64,000 bases of DNA from an uncultured Elusimicrobia bacterium (GTDB lineage Bacteria > Elusimicrobiota > Elusimicrobia > Elusimicrobiales > UBA9959), in assembly GCA_903879915.1 (NCBI GenBank), contig CAIRNJ010000102.1:13200-77199 (forward strand), written 5' to 3'. Positions 14,849 to 24,091 of this stretch are shown here, piece after piece. The notes under the pieces are model-generated. The model worked only from the letters and a program-made list of their open reading frames with translations, ran no database searches and had not been told where the DNA came from. Made by a program: the position numbers and the translations under genes. Numbering within the stretch: position 1 is the first letter of the stretch; every line of letters begins with the position of its first letter.

Positions 14849-17322
14849 TTATCTATGGACCGTGTTTCCTGCGCGGCCAGCGCGCTCTTCAGGTGACGGG
14901 CCGCGCTGTCCAGGTCGGGGTCGATGCTTAACGCTTTCCTGTAGGAAGCCAGCGCTTCGTCCCGGCGGCCCAGCTTTTCCAGCACCGCGCCCAGGAGGTC
15001 GTACGTACCCGCGTATTTCGGCTCCAGCCTTATCACTTCTCGGTAATGGGTTTCGGCCTCGCCGAACTCGCCGCGCGCCGCGAGCAGGGCCGCTAAAATG
15101 TCGTGAATGGCCACGTTGTTGCGGTCCAGCCGCGCCGCTTCCCTGTATTGCTTCACGGCCTCGGCCGGAGTACCCTGCGCTTCAAGGGCGGCGCCCAGCT
15201 CGGCGTGCAGCAGCGCGGTGTCGGGGCTCAGCTTCAGCGCCGCCAGGTATTTCTCTATGGCTTCAGCGAGCATTGCTTTTCTTTCCGCCCCGGAATATTC
15301 CGCCGGGCCCGGCGGCACATAGTCGTAGCGGGCTTTCAGCGCCGCGTGGTAATTGGTCCTGTCATCAGGCAGCAGGCTCTGCATGCCCAGGGCGCCGGCC
15401 AGATAATAGAACACGATAGCCGAATCCGGCCGCGCATTTATTGAGTCCCTGTAATGGCCGATCGCGCCTTTCAGGTCGCCGCGCTTAGCCAGGAGCAGGC
15501 CCATATTGGCGTGCGCGTGGGGATCGTTGGGGGCTAATTTAAGCGCCTCGTTCAAATGAGAGAAAGCCTCCTCGCGGCTGCCGGTCTTCTCCAGCGCAAC
15601 GCCCAGCAGGATCTGCACTTCGGTGTTCCCTGGGTCGAGCTCCAGCGCTTTGCGGTACGAAGCTATGGCTCCGCCGCTGTCGTTGGCCCTGGCGAACTCG
15701 AGGCCCGCCCGGTGGAAGGAAAGGCTGTCCAGGAACCTTTCGCGTATCTTTTTAAGTATGCCGCCTTTAGCCGGGAGGAATTCCGGGATGTTGGCCGCCC
15801 TGTCGGGCGCGGTAAAGCCGTCCAGCAGGACAGGGGGCGTATCGTTGCCCTGCGCGTCGATATGGGTAAGAAAAAGCTGTGTATAGGGCGTGTTGGCCTT
15901 GGAGGCGAAGACCAGCCAGCGGCTGTTGGGCGACCAGCTGTGCCAGGAGTTCATCGTGGGTTGGTTGCAGCGCATTTTCCTGGCTTCGCCCCCGCCGGCG
16001 GGCATGATATAGAGCTCGCTGTCGGGCTGCAGCAGCATGAAACTTTTCGCTTTGCAGAATATTATCCATTTCCCGTCGGGCGAATATTTCGGGAAGAAAT
16101 TGCTCATGCCGTTATCGGAAGCGCCCTGCAGCGGTTCCGGCTTGCCGCCGCGGCCTTCGTTGAAAGCAACGCGGTAAAGGTCGAACAGGAATTTCTGGCC
16201 GCCTTCCAGGAATTCCGCGCATTCTTCCTTCGCCAGCAGCACCTTGTCCCTATCGCGCAGATTTTTCAGCTTATGCGCCAGGTTCCTGGCGAAAACGATA
16301 TACTTGCCGTCGGGGCTCCAGGCGGGGTTGCTCTGTACGAATTCGGGGTCGTCAGCGCCCGGCAGCGCCTGGAAGGTCTTAGCCGCGCGGGAATAGACGG
16401 CCAGGATGCCGCTGACCGGAAAAAAAAGCTGCGAGAAGGCCAGCCCCGGCGTGGCCACGAACACCGAGCGGTCCTTGACCGTGCTGACCGCGTACCGCCC
16501 GTCCGGGGAAACCTGCGAAAGCAGGCCGAAGGTCTGGACGCCTTCCGTCCTTTTATAATCGTGCCAAGTGATGATCTTGCTTTTGTCGAGGATGGTCTCT
16601 TCGAGCACCCGGGCGATGGCGTAGGAGCCTTTGTCGTTGGCGTAATCCACGTCCATGCCCAGCACCGAGCCGTCGGCGGAAAAGGAATGGCAGTTGCCGC
16701 AGACCGGCAGATTCTCCAGCACTACCGGGGGCTGCGTTCTCAGGGAGACCTTCCCCAGCCGCCAGCGGATGCGCGAGGGGTCCTTTACCGCCTCGCTGAA
16801 CGGCAGGTTCACTTCCCTGTAGAACAGCGGCGCCTCTACTTTGTCTTTGGAGGTGCTGAAGGAAATGCTGCCCGCAGACAGGATATTTCCGGGCGCGCCG
16901 CGGGCGGCGCCGGCCACGGTAAGCCTGGCGGTCCGCTCCAGCGACCGGCGTTTGATAAGCTCCCAGTCGTCGTTGCCGGGAGTCCACTCCGGGGCCGCGG
17001 AAATAAAGCTCAGGCGGCCGCCGGCCGCGCCGGAGAATTCTATAGTCACCAGCCACAGGTCCGCGGCGGCGTTGTTGTCTTTCCAGCGGAACCCGGGGGC
17101 CGCTATGTCCGCCGGGAAAAGCGTGCCGTCGAAAGGTTTCTCGAAGGTTATGCCGCCGTCAGCCGCTCCGCTCCTGTAAGCCGCCAGCAGGGCGGCCAGG
17201 GCGGGGTCGGGCCTGGCCGGCGCGGCCGAGATAGTGCGCAGCAGCCCGGCGCCCAGTACGGCCAGCAGCAGCAGCGCGGCGCGGCGGTGCTGCTGTACTA
17301 TGAAGAGCGTGATGGTTCTCAT
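14845..17322 (-). CDS. Secreted protein: N-terminal domain with a single CXXCH motif, TolB-like PD40 beta-propeller repeats, C-terminal TPR repeats
   Basis: Signal peptide. VCGNCHS at aa 207-213. PD40-type repeats (VSPDGRYAVSTV, WSPDGKYIVFAR, YSPDGKWIIFCK, WSPNSRWLVFAS). At least five TPR-like units in the last ~270 aa (for example AIASYRKALELDPGN, AIGHYRDSINARPD, ALASYRKALSIDPD). Confidence 0.75.
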   Translation of the reverse strand: MRTITLFIVQQHRRAALLLLAVLGAGLLRTISAAPARPDPALAALLAAYRSGAADGGITFEKPFDGTLFPADIAAPGFRWKDNNAAADLWLVTIEFSGAAGGRLSFISAAPEWTPGNDDWELIKRRSLERTARLTVAGAARGAPGNILSAGSISFSTSKDKVEAPLFYREVNLPFSEAVKDPSRIRWRLGKVSLRTQPPVVLENLPVCGNCHSFSADGSVLGMDVDYANDKGSYAIARVLEETILDKSKIITWHDYKRTEGVQTFGLLSQVSPDGRYAVSTVKDRSVFVATPGLAFSQLFFPVSGILAVYSRAAKTFQALPGADDPEFVQSNPAWSPDGKYIVFARNLAHKLKNLRDRDKVLLAKEECAEFLEGGQKFLFDLYRVAFNEGRGGKPEPLQGASDNGMSNFFPKYSPDGKWIIFCKAKSFMLLQPDSELYIMPAGGGEARKMRCNQPTMNSWHSWSPNSRWLVFASKANTPYTQLFLTHIDAQGNDTPPVLLDGFTAPDRAANIPEFLPAKGGILKKIRERFLDSLSFHRAGLEFARANDSGGAIASYRKALELDPGNTEVQILLGVALEKTGSREEAFSHLNEALKLAPNDPHAHANMGLLLAKRGDLKGAIGHYRDSINARPDSAIVFYYLAGALGMQSLLPDDRTNYHAALKARYDYVPPGPAEYSGAERKAMLAEAIEKYLAALKLSPDTALLHAELGAALEAQGTPAEAVKQYREAARLDRNNVAIHDILAALLAARGEFGEAETHYREVIRLEPKYAGTYDLLGAVLEKLGRRDEALASYRKALSIDPDLDSAARHLKSALAAQETRSIDK

Positions 17323-17337
17323 GGCGGCTGGTTTCCT

Positions 17338-20300
17338 TTACGGCCAGAAATCCCGCGGATAGAGGCGCACCACTTCGGCGGCTTCCCCTTTTTCGCGGAC
17401 GAAACTCTCGTAGCTCCGGATCAGGCTGTCCGGTCCTGTTAAAAAAGCGCCGGCCTGCGGCGAGTCCGAGACCCTGCCGCCGGGCAGCCCCGGCAGCACC
17501 CGGCCGAGCGCCTTCAGGAAGCGCGCGCGCACCAGCGTCAGCGTGCCGGGCCTCCGGGCGAGCTCGAGCAGCGCGTATTTATAGGCGTGCACGGCCTCCG
17601 GGCGGTTGCCCTCTTCCAGGTCGTAGGCCAGGGCGGCGCCGCGCGACGAGAAACTCCCCGCGGCGCGGTAGTCGGCGAAGGAAGTGGCCAGGCTGTATTC
17701 GAGCTGGGAAGTATCTTCTATCTTCGTCTCCGCCGCTACCCCGGCCGCGAAGCGGAGCGTCTGCGCGGGGTCGGGGCATTTGTCGGCGTAATACCTGGCC
17801 TGACCTATCGAAGCGTAAAGCCCCAGCCCGTTGCTGTAAGCCAGCCCGGCGCCCCAGGTGCGCATGAAAAGCGAGTGCGCGCCGCCGCCCGCCAGGATCC
17901 CCAGGGCCAGGGCGTCGGGCAGGTCGCCGGGCTGAAAGGAATTATAGCCCGCTGCCGGCGTCCAGACGCTGATCGTGCCGGTCTTGCCGCCGTTGTTGAC
18001 CAGCGCTACGTGCGCCGGCCGGCCTATGCCGGGCAGGCGCTGGCGCAGCCGGCCTACTACCAGGTCCTTGCGCGGCGGCGCCGCCGCCTGCCTGCCCCTG
18101 GGCAGGCGGTCCAGCAGCGTTTCCAGCTGCCGGGCCGCCCGGTCGCTGTTCGCGGCGTTGCCGTTGATATGCACCCGCGTACCGGTGCGCACCAGCACGC
18201 CCGCCGCCAGCGCCTGCAGCCGGCGGATGGTCTCGGCGGGATGCCCGACGTCGGCGAGGAAATCGGAGGCCAGCGTCCGAAGGTCGGCGCGCCAGGAATC
18301 ATCGGGCAGGTGCGCGAATTCCCAGCGCAGATATTCGCCGAACTCGCCGTCCACCCCGGCCAGGAGTTTTTCCGCCGCGGCCCTGTCCGAGGTTTTCGCG
18401 GCGGCCATTACTTCGGCCGCGGCGGCGCGCAGGGCGGCCAGCCGCTCCGGCGCCGGGTCCTCCAGGCGCCAGCGCAGGCGGTTGAGGCTGCGCAGCACGG
18501 TGAAGGGGCTGGAGATGTTCATGTACAGCGGCCTGTCCTGGTATCTGTAGGCGGCTACCGCCTCGGACACCCAGGATTCCTCGTCCTGCTGGAAGATGCC
18601 GCGCCAGCCCTGAATGCCGGCCCGGAGCGTGTCTATCAGCCGCTCCCGGGCCGCCGGCGTCAGGCCGGGGCGGAGCAGATAGTTCTCTATCCAGGCTACG
18701 GCCCGGTCGACTTCTTCCGGCGAGGAAGCGGTAGCGCTGAAGCTGAGCTCGGCGCGGTCGCTGCGCGGGTAGGCCGCTACGCCTACGCCGGCGTCGTAGA
18801 TCTCGGCCATGATGCGCTCGCGGGCCGCGGCGTAGTCCAGCCGCTCGCCCGCCCGGGTGACCACGCCCACGGAGCCGAGGGCGCCGCCCAGCAGGGGCAG
18901 CAGCTCCCGGTCCCCTTCCGGCACGCCGCGCAGGTCGAAGTTCACGCTGATATCCGTGAAAGGCGTCTGGAACTGCGTTCGCACCAGCCGCGCTCCTGAA
19001 GCCATAAGACTTTCGCTCCAGGCAAGCTGGTCCAGTTCCAGCGGGGGCTCGCGCAGAAAAGACGGCTCGGGCGCGCCGCGCTCAAGCGCTTCGAGCTCGG
19101 CCGTGGCAGACGCGGTCTCGGCGCGGTAGCGCTCCAAGGCTTTCGCCTCAGGCAGACCGTATGCAACTGTCAGACGCTGCGAAACCGCTTTGAGGCGTTG
19201 CTGCTTCAGACCCTTCTCATGCTCGAGGAGGGCGGGATCAGGAAGGACCGCGGATACATATGGTTGTTCCAGCATGCCTGCGCGCTCGAGCGCTGCCGCC
19301 CAGGGATTCTTCCCCTCACCGAGCTCCGCGAGCAGGCGGTCTAGGGCCGCGTCTTCGGACAGCGATTTATCGAAACCCGGATCGGCGGAAAGTCCGTCCA
19401 GAAACCTGTGCCAGCTTTCGCCGGTGGAGCGTTCGCCGAACATAGGAGGCCCTTCCATCGCCTTAAGCCGGGAGCGCCGGTACGAGAGCATGCGTGAGCG
19501 CGCCCGGTCCGCTACCTCGGCCAGTTCAGGGCTGCCGGGTTTGAGATCGTGCAACCAGCGTACGCGCTCGTTTACTATGTCTCGCAGCCGCCCCAGTTTG
19601 GCCGGTGTAACATTGGCCGGCGGTATGCCGGAAAGCCACAGCATGGCATAAGAAGCGGGCAGGGCCTCGGCATCAGCGCCGATGTTGGTAGCGCCGGAAT
19701 CAAGTTTTCTGGTTTTCTGGTCTATCAGGTCGCGGTACAAGTAGGAAGTTTCACCTCCGCCTAGGAGGTCAATAGCCAGGTCAATGCGGGGCTTTTCGTC
19801 AGTGCTGAACGTCTTTCCAGGCGGCCAGGCCAGCAGCGCGTCCTGCGGCACCGGCGTACCATCGGAAGGGAAACTGCCTATCCGGACCTCGCGGCTCTTC
19901 AATGGCTCAAAAGGCGGCAACCCGGAGTAGGAGCCTGCAGGCGGTTGCGGCTCCAGGCGCAGGATCTCGTCGTTGAGTCGCGCCAGGAAGTCGGCGGCGT
20001 CCCAGCCCTGCGGCAGAGCCGCTATCATCTCCATGTTCCCGTCCAGATGGTAATGGGTGGCGTGAAAAGCGCGTACATCGGCCGGCGAAAGTTCCCATAT
20101 CTTTTCCGGTCTTCCCCCCTGAACGCGCGCCAGTGGGTGCTTTGGGCCGTACAGCATCTCGGTGAGCTGATACCAGCGTATCCAGGCCGGCTGTTCCGCA
20201 CTCGCCACCATTTCGGTATATACTGTTCCCTTTTCCTCCAGCTTAAGCAGTCCGCCTTCCTCCACCACGGCGGTATGCGCTATCTCACGGCGCATTTCCT

Positions 20301-20781
20301 CGTCCGTAATGTTCGGGCGCATCAGGGCGGTCAGATAAGAACTGAACAGTTCGTAGAACTCGGCAGGGCCGGCAGCCGTTGAAAACTGGTAGTTCGTTAA
20401 ATCGGAATATGAGACCGCGTTATGTTTGCCCATCCGCATCTGCATAAGCGTGTTGAGTTCCCGTCCCATCGTACCTTTGCCTATAAGGAGATGCTCCAGC
20501 GTATGCGCCGCGCCGCGGTCGTCGGCTGGAAGCGTGCGGAAATAGACGGAGACCTGCGGCACAGAGTCGAAGAACAGCACATCTACGGTCAGCCCGCGGT
20601 CATGCACGAAACGGGCCCCTTTGGGTCCGCCTGAGGGGTCCAGGTACAGGGCGCTGACCCGGAATGTTTTCGCAAATACCTGATCTTGTTTCAAGGCGGT
20701 GAGGTCGCCGGGGCCTGCGGCGTTAGCCAGGGCGGAGAGCATTAGAGATAGCCAAAGGAAAATTATCGGGCGTGGAGCCAT
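17338..20781 (-). CDS. Oversized (1147 aa) secreted M16 (pitrilysin/insulinase) family zinc peptidase
   Basis: Signal peptide MAPRPIIFLWLSLMLSALANA. Inverted zinc motif HxxEH (AAHTLEHLLIGKG) followed by a downstream Glu-containing segment (VYTEMV). About twice the length of typical M16 subunits. Confidence 0.75.
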   Translation of the reverse strand: MAPRPIIFLWLSLMLSALANAAGPGDLTALKQDQVFAKTFRVSALYLDPSGGPKGARFVHDRGLTVDVLFFDSVPQVSVYFRTLPADDRGAAHTLEHLLIGKGTMGRELNTLMQMRMGKHNAVSYSDLTNYQFSTAAGPAEFYELFSSYLTALMRPNITDEEMRREIAHTAVVEEGGLLKLEEKGTVYTEMVASAEQPAWIRWYQLTEMLYGPKHPLARVQGGRPEKIWELSPADVRAFHATHYHLDGNMEMIAALPQGWDAADFLARLNDEILRLEPQPPAGSYSGLPPFEPLKSREVRIGSFPSDGTPVPQDALLAWPPGKTFSTDEKPRIDLAIDLLGGGETSYLYRDLIDQKTRKLDSGATNIGADAEALPASYAMLWLSGIPPANVTPAKLGRLRDIVNERVRWLHDLKPGSPELAEVADRARSRMLSYRRSRLKAMEGPPMFGERSTGESWHRFLDGLSADPGFDKSLSEDAALDRLLAELGEGKNPWAAALERAGMLEQPYVSAVLPDPALLEHEKGLKQQRLKAVSQRLTVAYGLPEAKALERYRAETASATAELEALERGAPEPSFLREPPLELDQLAWSESLMASGARLVRTQFQTPFTDISVNFDLRGVPEGDRELLPLLGGALGSVGVVTRAGERLDYAAARERIMAEIYDAGVGVAAYPRSDRAELSFSATASSPEEVDRAVAWIENYLLRPGLTPAARERLIDTLRAGIQGWRGIFQQDEESWVSEAVAAYRYQDRPLYMNISSPFTVLRSLNRLRWRLEDPAPERLAALRAAAAEVMAAAKTSDRAAAEKLLAGVDGEFGEYLRWEFAHLPDDSWRADLRTLASDFLADVGHPAETIRRLQALAAGVLVRTGTRVHINGNAANSDRAARQLETLLDRLPRGRQAAAPPRKDLVVGRLRQRLPGIGRPAHVALVNNGGKTGTISVWTPAAGYNSFQPGDLPDALALGILAGGGAHSLFMRTWGAGLAYSNGLGLYASIGQARYYADKCPDPAQTLRFAAGVAAETKIEDTSQLEYSLATSFADYRAAGSFSSRGAALAYDLEEGNRPEAVHAYKYALLELARRPGTLTLVRARFLKALGRVLPGLPGGRVSDSPQAGAFLTGPDSLIRSYESFVREKGEAAEVVRLYPRDFWP

Positions 20782-20862
20782 GATTAATTTTACTACAGTT
20801 GCAAGGTTATCTGTACATAAGGTGCCTAGATACGGCCACTTATAAGAAAGGCCAGAGCACTA

Positions 20863-22353
20863 TTATGTATCGTTAAATGGCGGTTCCTTGCCGGAAGCTT
20901 TTACCCATGGTAGATGCGCAAATCTTTCAGGGCTATATCCGGTGGCCATTGTAATGTTATCATACCCTCTAGTATGCAAGTCTTTTGCTATATCTTCACC
21001 TTTAACTCCGCCGCCTAGTTCAGAATCAATGTAAAACGGAGTGTCTTTTGGCAAAGTCCCCAAAACAGATGTAAGCTCTTCAGCGTTTTTATACGTTCTT
21101 AGATCCATTCGGGTGGCTTTGGCGGCCATTTCCCAATTCATGCGCACTAATTTGTCATCGTCAACCAATATCACCGTACGTTTTTTTGCAGGCTTAAATG
21201 TTGGAAGCGTTAGAATTACTATTGTTCCGTGATCAGGTTTGGATTCAATTTTAAATACGCCGCCCCAGTTTTCAATGCTTATCCGCGCGTGATACAGTCC
21301 CAGCCCGTTGCCGCGGGTTTTTCCGTGTGTTTCTCCCCTACGCCCGAGCTTCGCTAGTATTTCAGGCGGAATCCCTTTGCCGTTATCCTTCACGGTTATT
21401 GAAACCATCCCATCGGCGCCAGACAACCCTACTGTGACGGCTCCTGGACCAGTAAGAGCCTCAACGGAATTGTTTATGAGGTTGGATAACAGCCGCTGGA
21501 ATTCCTTGGGATCAGTAAGAACTTTTAATTCATCTGAGGAATTGTGTAACTCGAATATGACGTCGGTTCTATAACTATACTGGAGACGCTTTTCGGCCAG
21601 AACTTCCTCTATAAGCGGTGTCAAGGCGCATGCAGTAATCTTACCGCTTTCAACAGTAATGGCGGAAGGCGTACGGTATTTCCTCAGCAAGTCGTCCGCT
21701 ATTGTATTCATGCGGGTCACCGCGCCGTTCATAAGTGCGCGTTGTTCAGCCGGGATCTCAAACCCCGTTGCCGCGGTTCTCAGTGCCGCTAGAGGAGATC
21801 GTATGTCATGCGCCACTTGTGCGGCAAGGTTCGAATAGGATTCTTTTATCCGCAAATCTAGAAGGAGATTATAGTCCCTTATCAGCCTTCTGCGTTCAAA
21901 ATAAGCTATGGGTAGGGATAGTAACGCTATAATAAGCCAGGCAATAGTGGCCCAGATTACGGGCATCAACCGGGAATAGTAAAACAGCATAGCCCCAGAT
22001 GAAAACCGGCGTTCTTCATCAAAATATAAACGCACGTTGGCAGAGGCGTAAAGCAAACGATTGCATTTTTCCGCATCAATCGGCACACTGAACCCTTTTT
22101 CCGCTCCGGTGGGGCGCCAGGACATGCCGGAAAAATCGTGCGACATGGACGAGGTCAGGGTGATAATAGTCTGACGCGTGTCACCAGACAATATCGAGTC
22201 ACGCGAAGCGGCGGAAAGTTGGTCTCCCAGGCGCTGTTTGAAATAAGCGGTGAAAACCACGGACAACATCAATGCCACTATATAGATTACCAGCTGGAAC
22301 ATCAGGAACTTTATAAAAAGTCTCTTAATGGATTGCTTTATTTCAGGGTCCAT
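20863..22353 (-). CDS. Hybrid sensor histidine kinase (2 TM, HisKA, HATPase_c, C-terminal receiver)
   Basis: H-box AAQVAHDIRSPLAAL. N/G boxes (LINNSVEAL, DNGKGIP, GNGLGLY). REC-like C-terminus (VILVDDD...FYIDSEL...KEPPF). Preferred ATG is 22353 with an AAGGAG RBS. Overlaps the upstream SBP-like gene by 16 nt. AT-richer than the surroundings. Confidence 0.8.
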   Translation of the reverse strand: MDPEIKQSIKRLFIKFLMFQLVIYIVALMLSVVFTAYFKQRLGDQLSAASRDSILSGDTRQTIITLTSSMSHDFSGMSWRPTGAEKGFSVPIDAEKCNRLLYASANVRLYFDEERRFSSGAMLFYYSRLMPVIWATIAWLIIALLSLPIAYFERRRLIRDYNLLLDLRIKESYSNLAAQVAHDIRSPLAALRTAATGFEIPAEQRALMNGAVTRMNTIADDLLRKYRTPSAITVESGKITACALTPLIEEVLAEKRLQYSYRTDVIFELHNSSDELKVLTDPKEFQRLLSNLINNSVEALTGPGAVTVGLSGADGMVSITVKDNGKGIPPEILAKLGRRGETHGKTRGNGLGLYHARISIENWGGVFKIESKPDHGTIVILTLPTFKPAKKRTVILVDDDKLVRMNWEMAAKATRMDLRTYKNAEELTSVLGTLPKDTPFYIDSELGGGVKGEDIAKDLHTRGYDNITMATGYSPERFAHLPWVKASGKEPPFNDT

Positions 22354-23876
22354 TTTAAATTTCTCCTTAGCCTCCAAAGCGCATCACCGGCAATAGCGGG
22401 CGGGTAGTTAAATGCCCACGGTTTGCGCGCCACGGAAGCATACGGGAGCAAGCCGATGGGCAGCGCACGCGCGTCGTAAAGTGTTTTATATTGAAGCGCC
22501 TGGATCATTCTCATTCGCGCGTTTTTGTCTTGGGACGCTATATAATCCGCGAACCACTTTCCCTTTTCAGCGGGGGTCATACTGAAAAAATCCATGTCCA
22601 GATAATAAGCCAGCAATCCTACATCGTCCTGAAAGCCCATATCGCAGCCAAAAAGATAAAAATCCGGTTCATGCACAACTTTGCTGCTCTTAGGTGGATA
22701 AAGGTCTTGATATTCTACCTTCGGCATCCATTTTTTTATCTCGTCTCCGTCCAGCCAAAAATAGCTGTATAGCCGTTTCGCTTCTACTTTCTTTTTTAGT
22801 ACCACTTCAGCCCCGGTATTTAGAAGCGCTTGTATTTCCCTCAGCTGCATTTTGGAAAGACCACCCTCCATTTGAAATATCTGGTCCGGAATTTCAAGCA
22901 TGCGGCGTCTTAGCGGGTAAAGGCCGCGCAGTTTTCTGGCTATAAAAAATCTTTCCTCTCTTGATAGTCTTCTCCTTCCTCGCTCGGTAAACAGGACAAA
23001 TAGCATCCTAACCGGCCGGCTAAGATGAATATTGTACCCGGGATTTGCGGCAACAAAGTCCACCTTGTCTTCCGGCTTAAGCACGGCGCTTATCCTAAGA
23101 TAATCAATTGTTTTATCTGAAAGCATGCCAAGTATTTCTTCGTTTTTAAGATATTTAGTGAAGGCAATAATTTTAATATTTTGAGGTATTTTATCTGAAT
23201 AATGATAATGGAACGGATTAGCTTTTAGCTTTATATTCCCTGCGCCTGGGTAGGCGTTCACATAATATGGCCCGGAGGTGTTTCTGTAATCGTTGATTTT
23301 GAAGGTTTTCTGGTCTATGGAGCCCCGCGGAATCACGGCATAGGTAATATTTGTCAGCAAATGGAAAAGGAACGTTTTCCGCTCGGCGAATTTCATTACG
23401 AGATTCTGCCCATTGTCACTAACTTGCAATCCGGGGCAAGGATCCTGCAAACTCATAAGTGCAGTTTTGCCGCATAACAGTTTGCTTAAAAAACCATACC
23501 CGCTTCCGCCAAGAATAAAAAGCCGCTTCAGACTCTGTTCTGCATCAATGGCATTTATTGGCAGTCCGTCCACTGTTTTAAGGTCTGTGCGCATCTTGAA
23601 GCGCGCTTCATTCCCCACCCACTCGAACCTCTCTGCAATTCCTGAAACAATCTCGTTTCCTGCGGAGTATTCTAAAAGCGGGCTAAAAATATTTTCTAAA
23701 AAAAAATAATCCCTGTTATATATGATGGCGGCAGTGTCATAATAAGAAGGTGGATTTGTCGTGTCTAGCAGCACCTTAAGTTCCGGGGATGGTCTTGACC
23801 ATAAAATCCAGGCAACGAAAAAAATGACCGACCCAGTAAGCAGGGACGGCCATTTTTTGCGTAAGGGGATACGCAC
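22338..23876 (-). CDS. Membrane-anchored solute-binding-protein family 5 (peptide/nickel type)-like protein
   Basis: GTG start and N-terminal TM anchor. FSPLLEYSAGNEIVSGIAERFEWVGNEARFKMRTDLKTVDGLPINAIDAEQSLKR matches the SBP_bac_5 N-lobe pattern (L...d..g.i.P.lAe.we...d...y.F.lR......dG.p..A.D). No ABC permease or ATPase genes nearby. Confidence 0.6.
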   Translation of the reverse strand: MRIPLRKKWPSLLTGSVIFFVAWILWSRPSPELKVLLDTTNPPSYYDTAAIIYNRDYFFLENIFSPLLEYSAGNEIVSGIAERFEWVGNEARFKMRTDLKTVDGLPINAIDAEQSLKRLFILGGSGYGFLSKLLCGKTALMSLQDPCPGLQVSDNGQNLVMKFAERKTFLFHLLTNITYAVIPRGSIDQKTFKINDYRNTSGPYYVNAYPGAGNIKLKANPFHYHYSDKIPQNIKIIAFTKYLKNEEILGMLSDKTIDYLRISAVLKPEDKVDFVAANPGYNIHLSRPVRMLFVLFTERGRRRLSREERFFIARKLRGLYPLRRRMLEIPDQIFQMEGGLSKMQLREIQALLNTGAEVVLKKKVEAKRLYSYFWLDGDEIKKWMPKVEYQDLYPPKSSKVVHEPDFYLFGCDMGFQDDVGLLAYYLDMDFFSMTPAEKGKWFADYIASQDKNARMRMIQALQYKTLYDARALPIGLLPYASVARKPWAFNYPPAIAGDALWRLRRNLKWTLK

Positions 23877-23881
23877 TTCAG

Positions 23882-24091
23882 CTATTTTCCCTTGAGTACC
23901 TTTGGGTGGGTAGGCGGCGGGATGGGGTCCGGTTGAGGTGATGTGTCGTCCTTTCCGGCGTTCAGGCTAATATCATAGCCAGTAGAAGAAGTAAGCGCAT
24001 ACCCATGCTCGGGGAACAGCGACAATGCTATGAAAGATAACATTCCGGTAAAAATAATGTTCACCAGAGCCGCTAAAAGTGTTTTCTTCAT
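23882..24091 (-). CDS. Small (69 aa) secreted/anchored protein with a Pro-rich C-terminus
   Basis: ATG 24091 with GGGGAA upstream. MKKTLLAALVNIIFTGMLSFIALSLF hydrophobic N-terminus, then ...DDTSPQPDPIPPPTHPKVLKGK. Its stop lies 5 nt before the SBP-like gene start. No recognisable family. Confidence 0.4.
   Translation of the reverse strand: MKKTLLAALVNIIFTGMLSFIALSLFPEHGYALTSSTGYDISLNAGKDDTSPQPDPIPPPTHPKVLKGK

Noticed and set aside
15556-17442. 628-aa plus-strand ORF antisense to the PD40/TPR gene. Similar long antisense ORFs: 6..1337, 1271..2386, 17587..18999, 24441..25676, 25649..26692, 27690..28808
   Set aside because: These are typical high-GC shadow ORFs. Their translations are Arg/Gly/Ala/Pro-rich with no motifs, whereas the opposite strand encodes proteins with clear family signatures (murG, ftsW, M16, murF, murE, ftsI).
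20782-20862. TAAAAT hexamer 7 nt upstream of the M16 peptidase ATG, as a promoter for the sigma operon
   Set aside because: There is no acceptable -35 at 16-18 nt (TACAGA at best), and it would imply a leaderless mRNA. The evidence is too weak to list as a feature, so the operon promoter remains unidentified.
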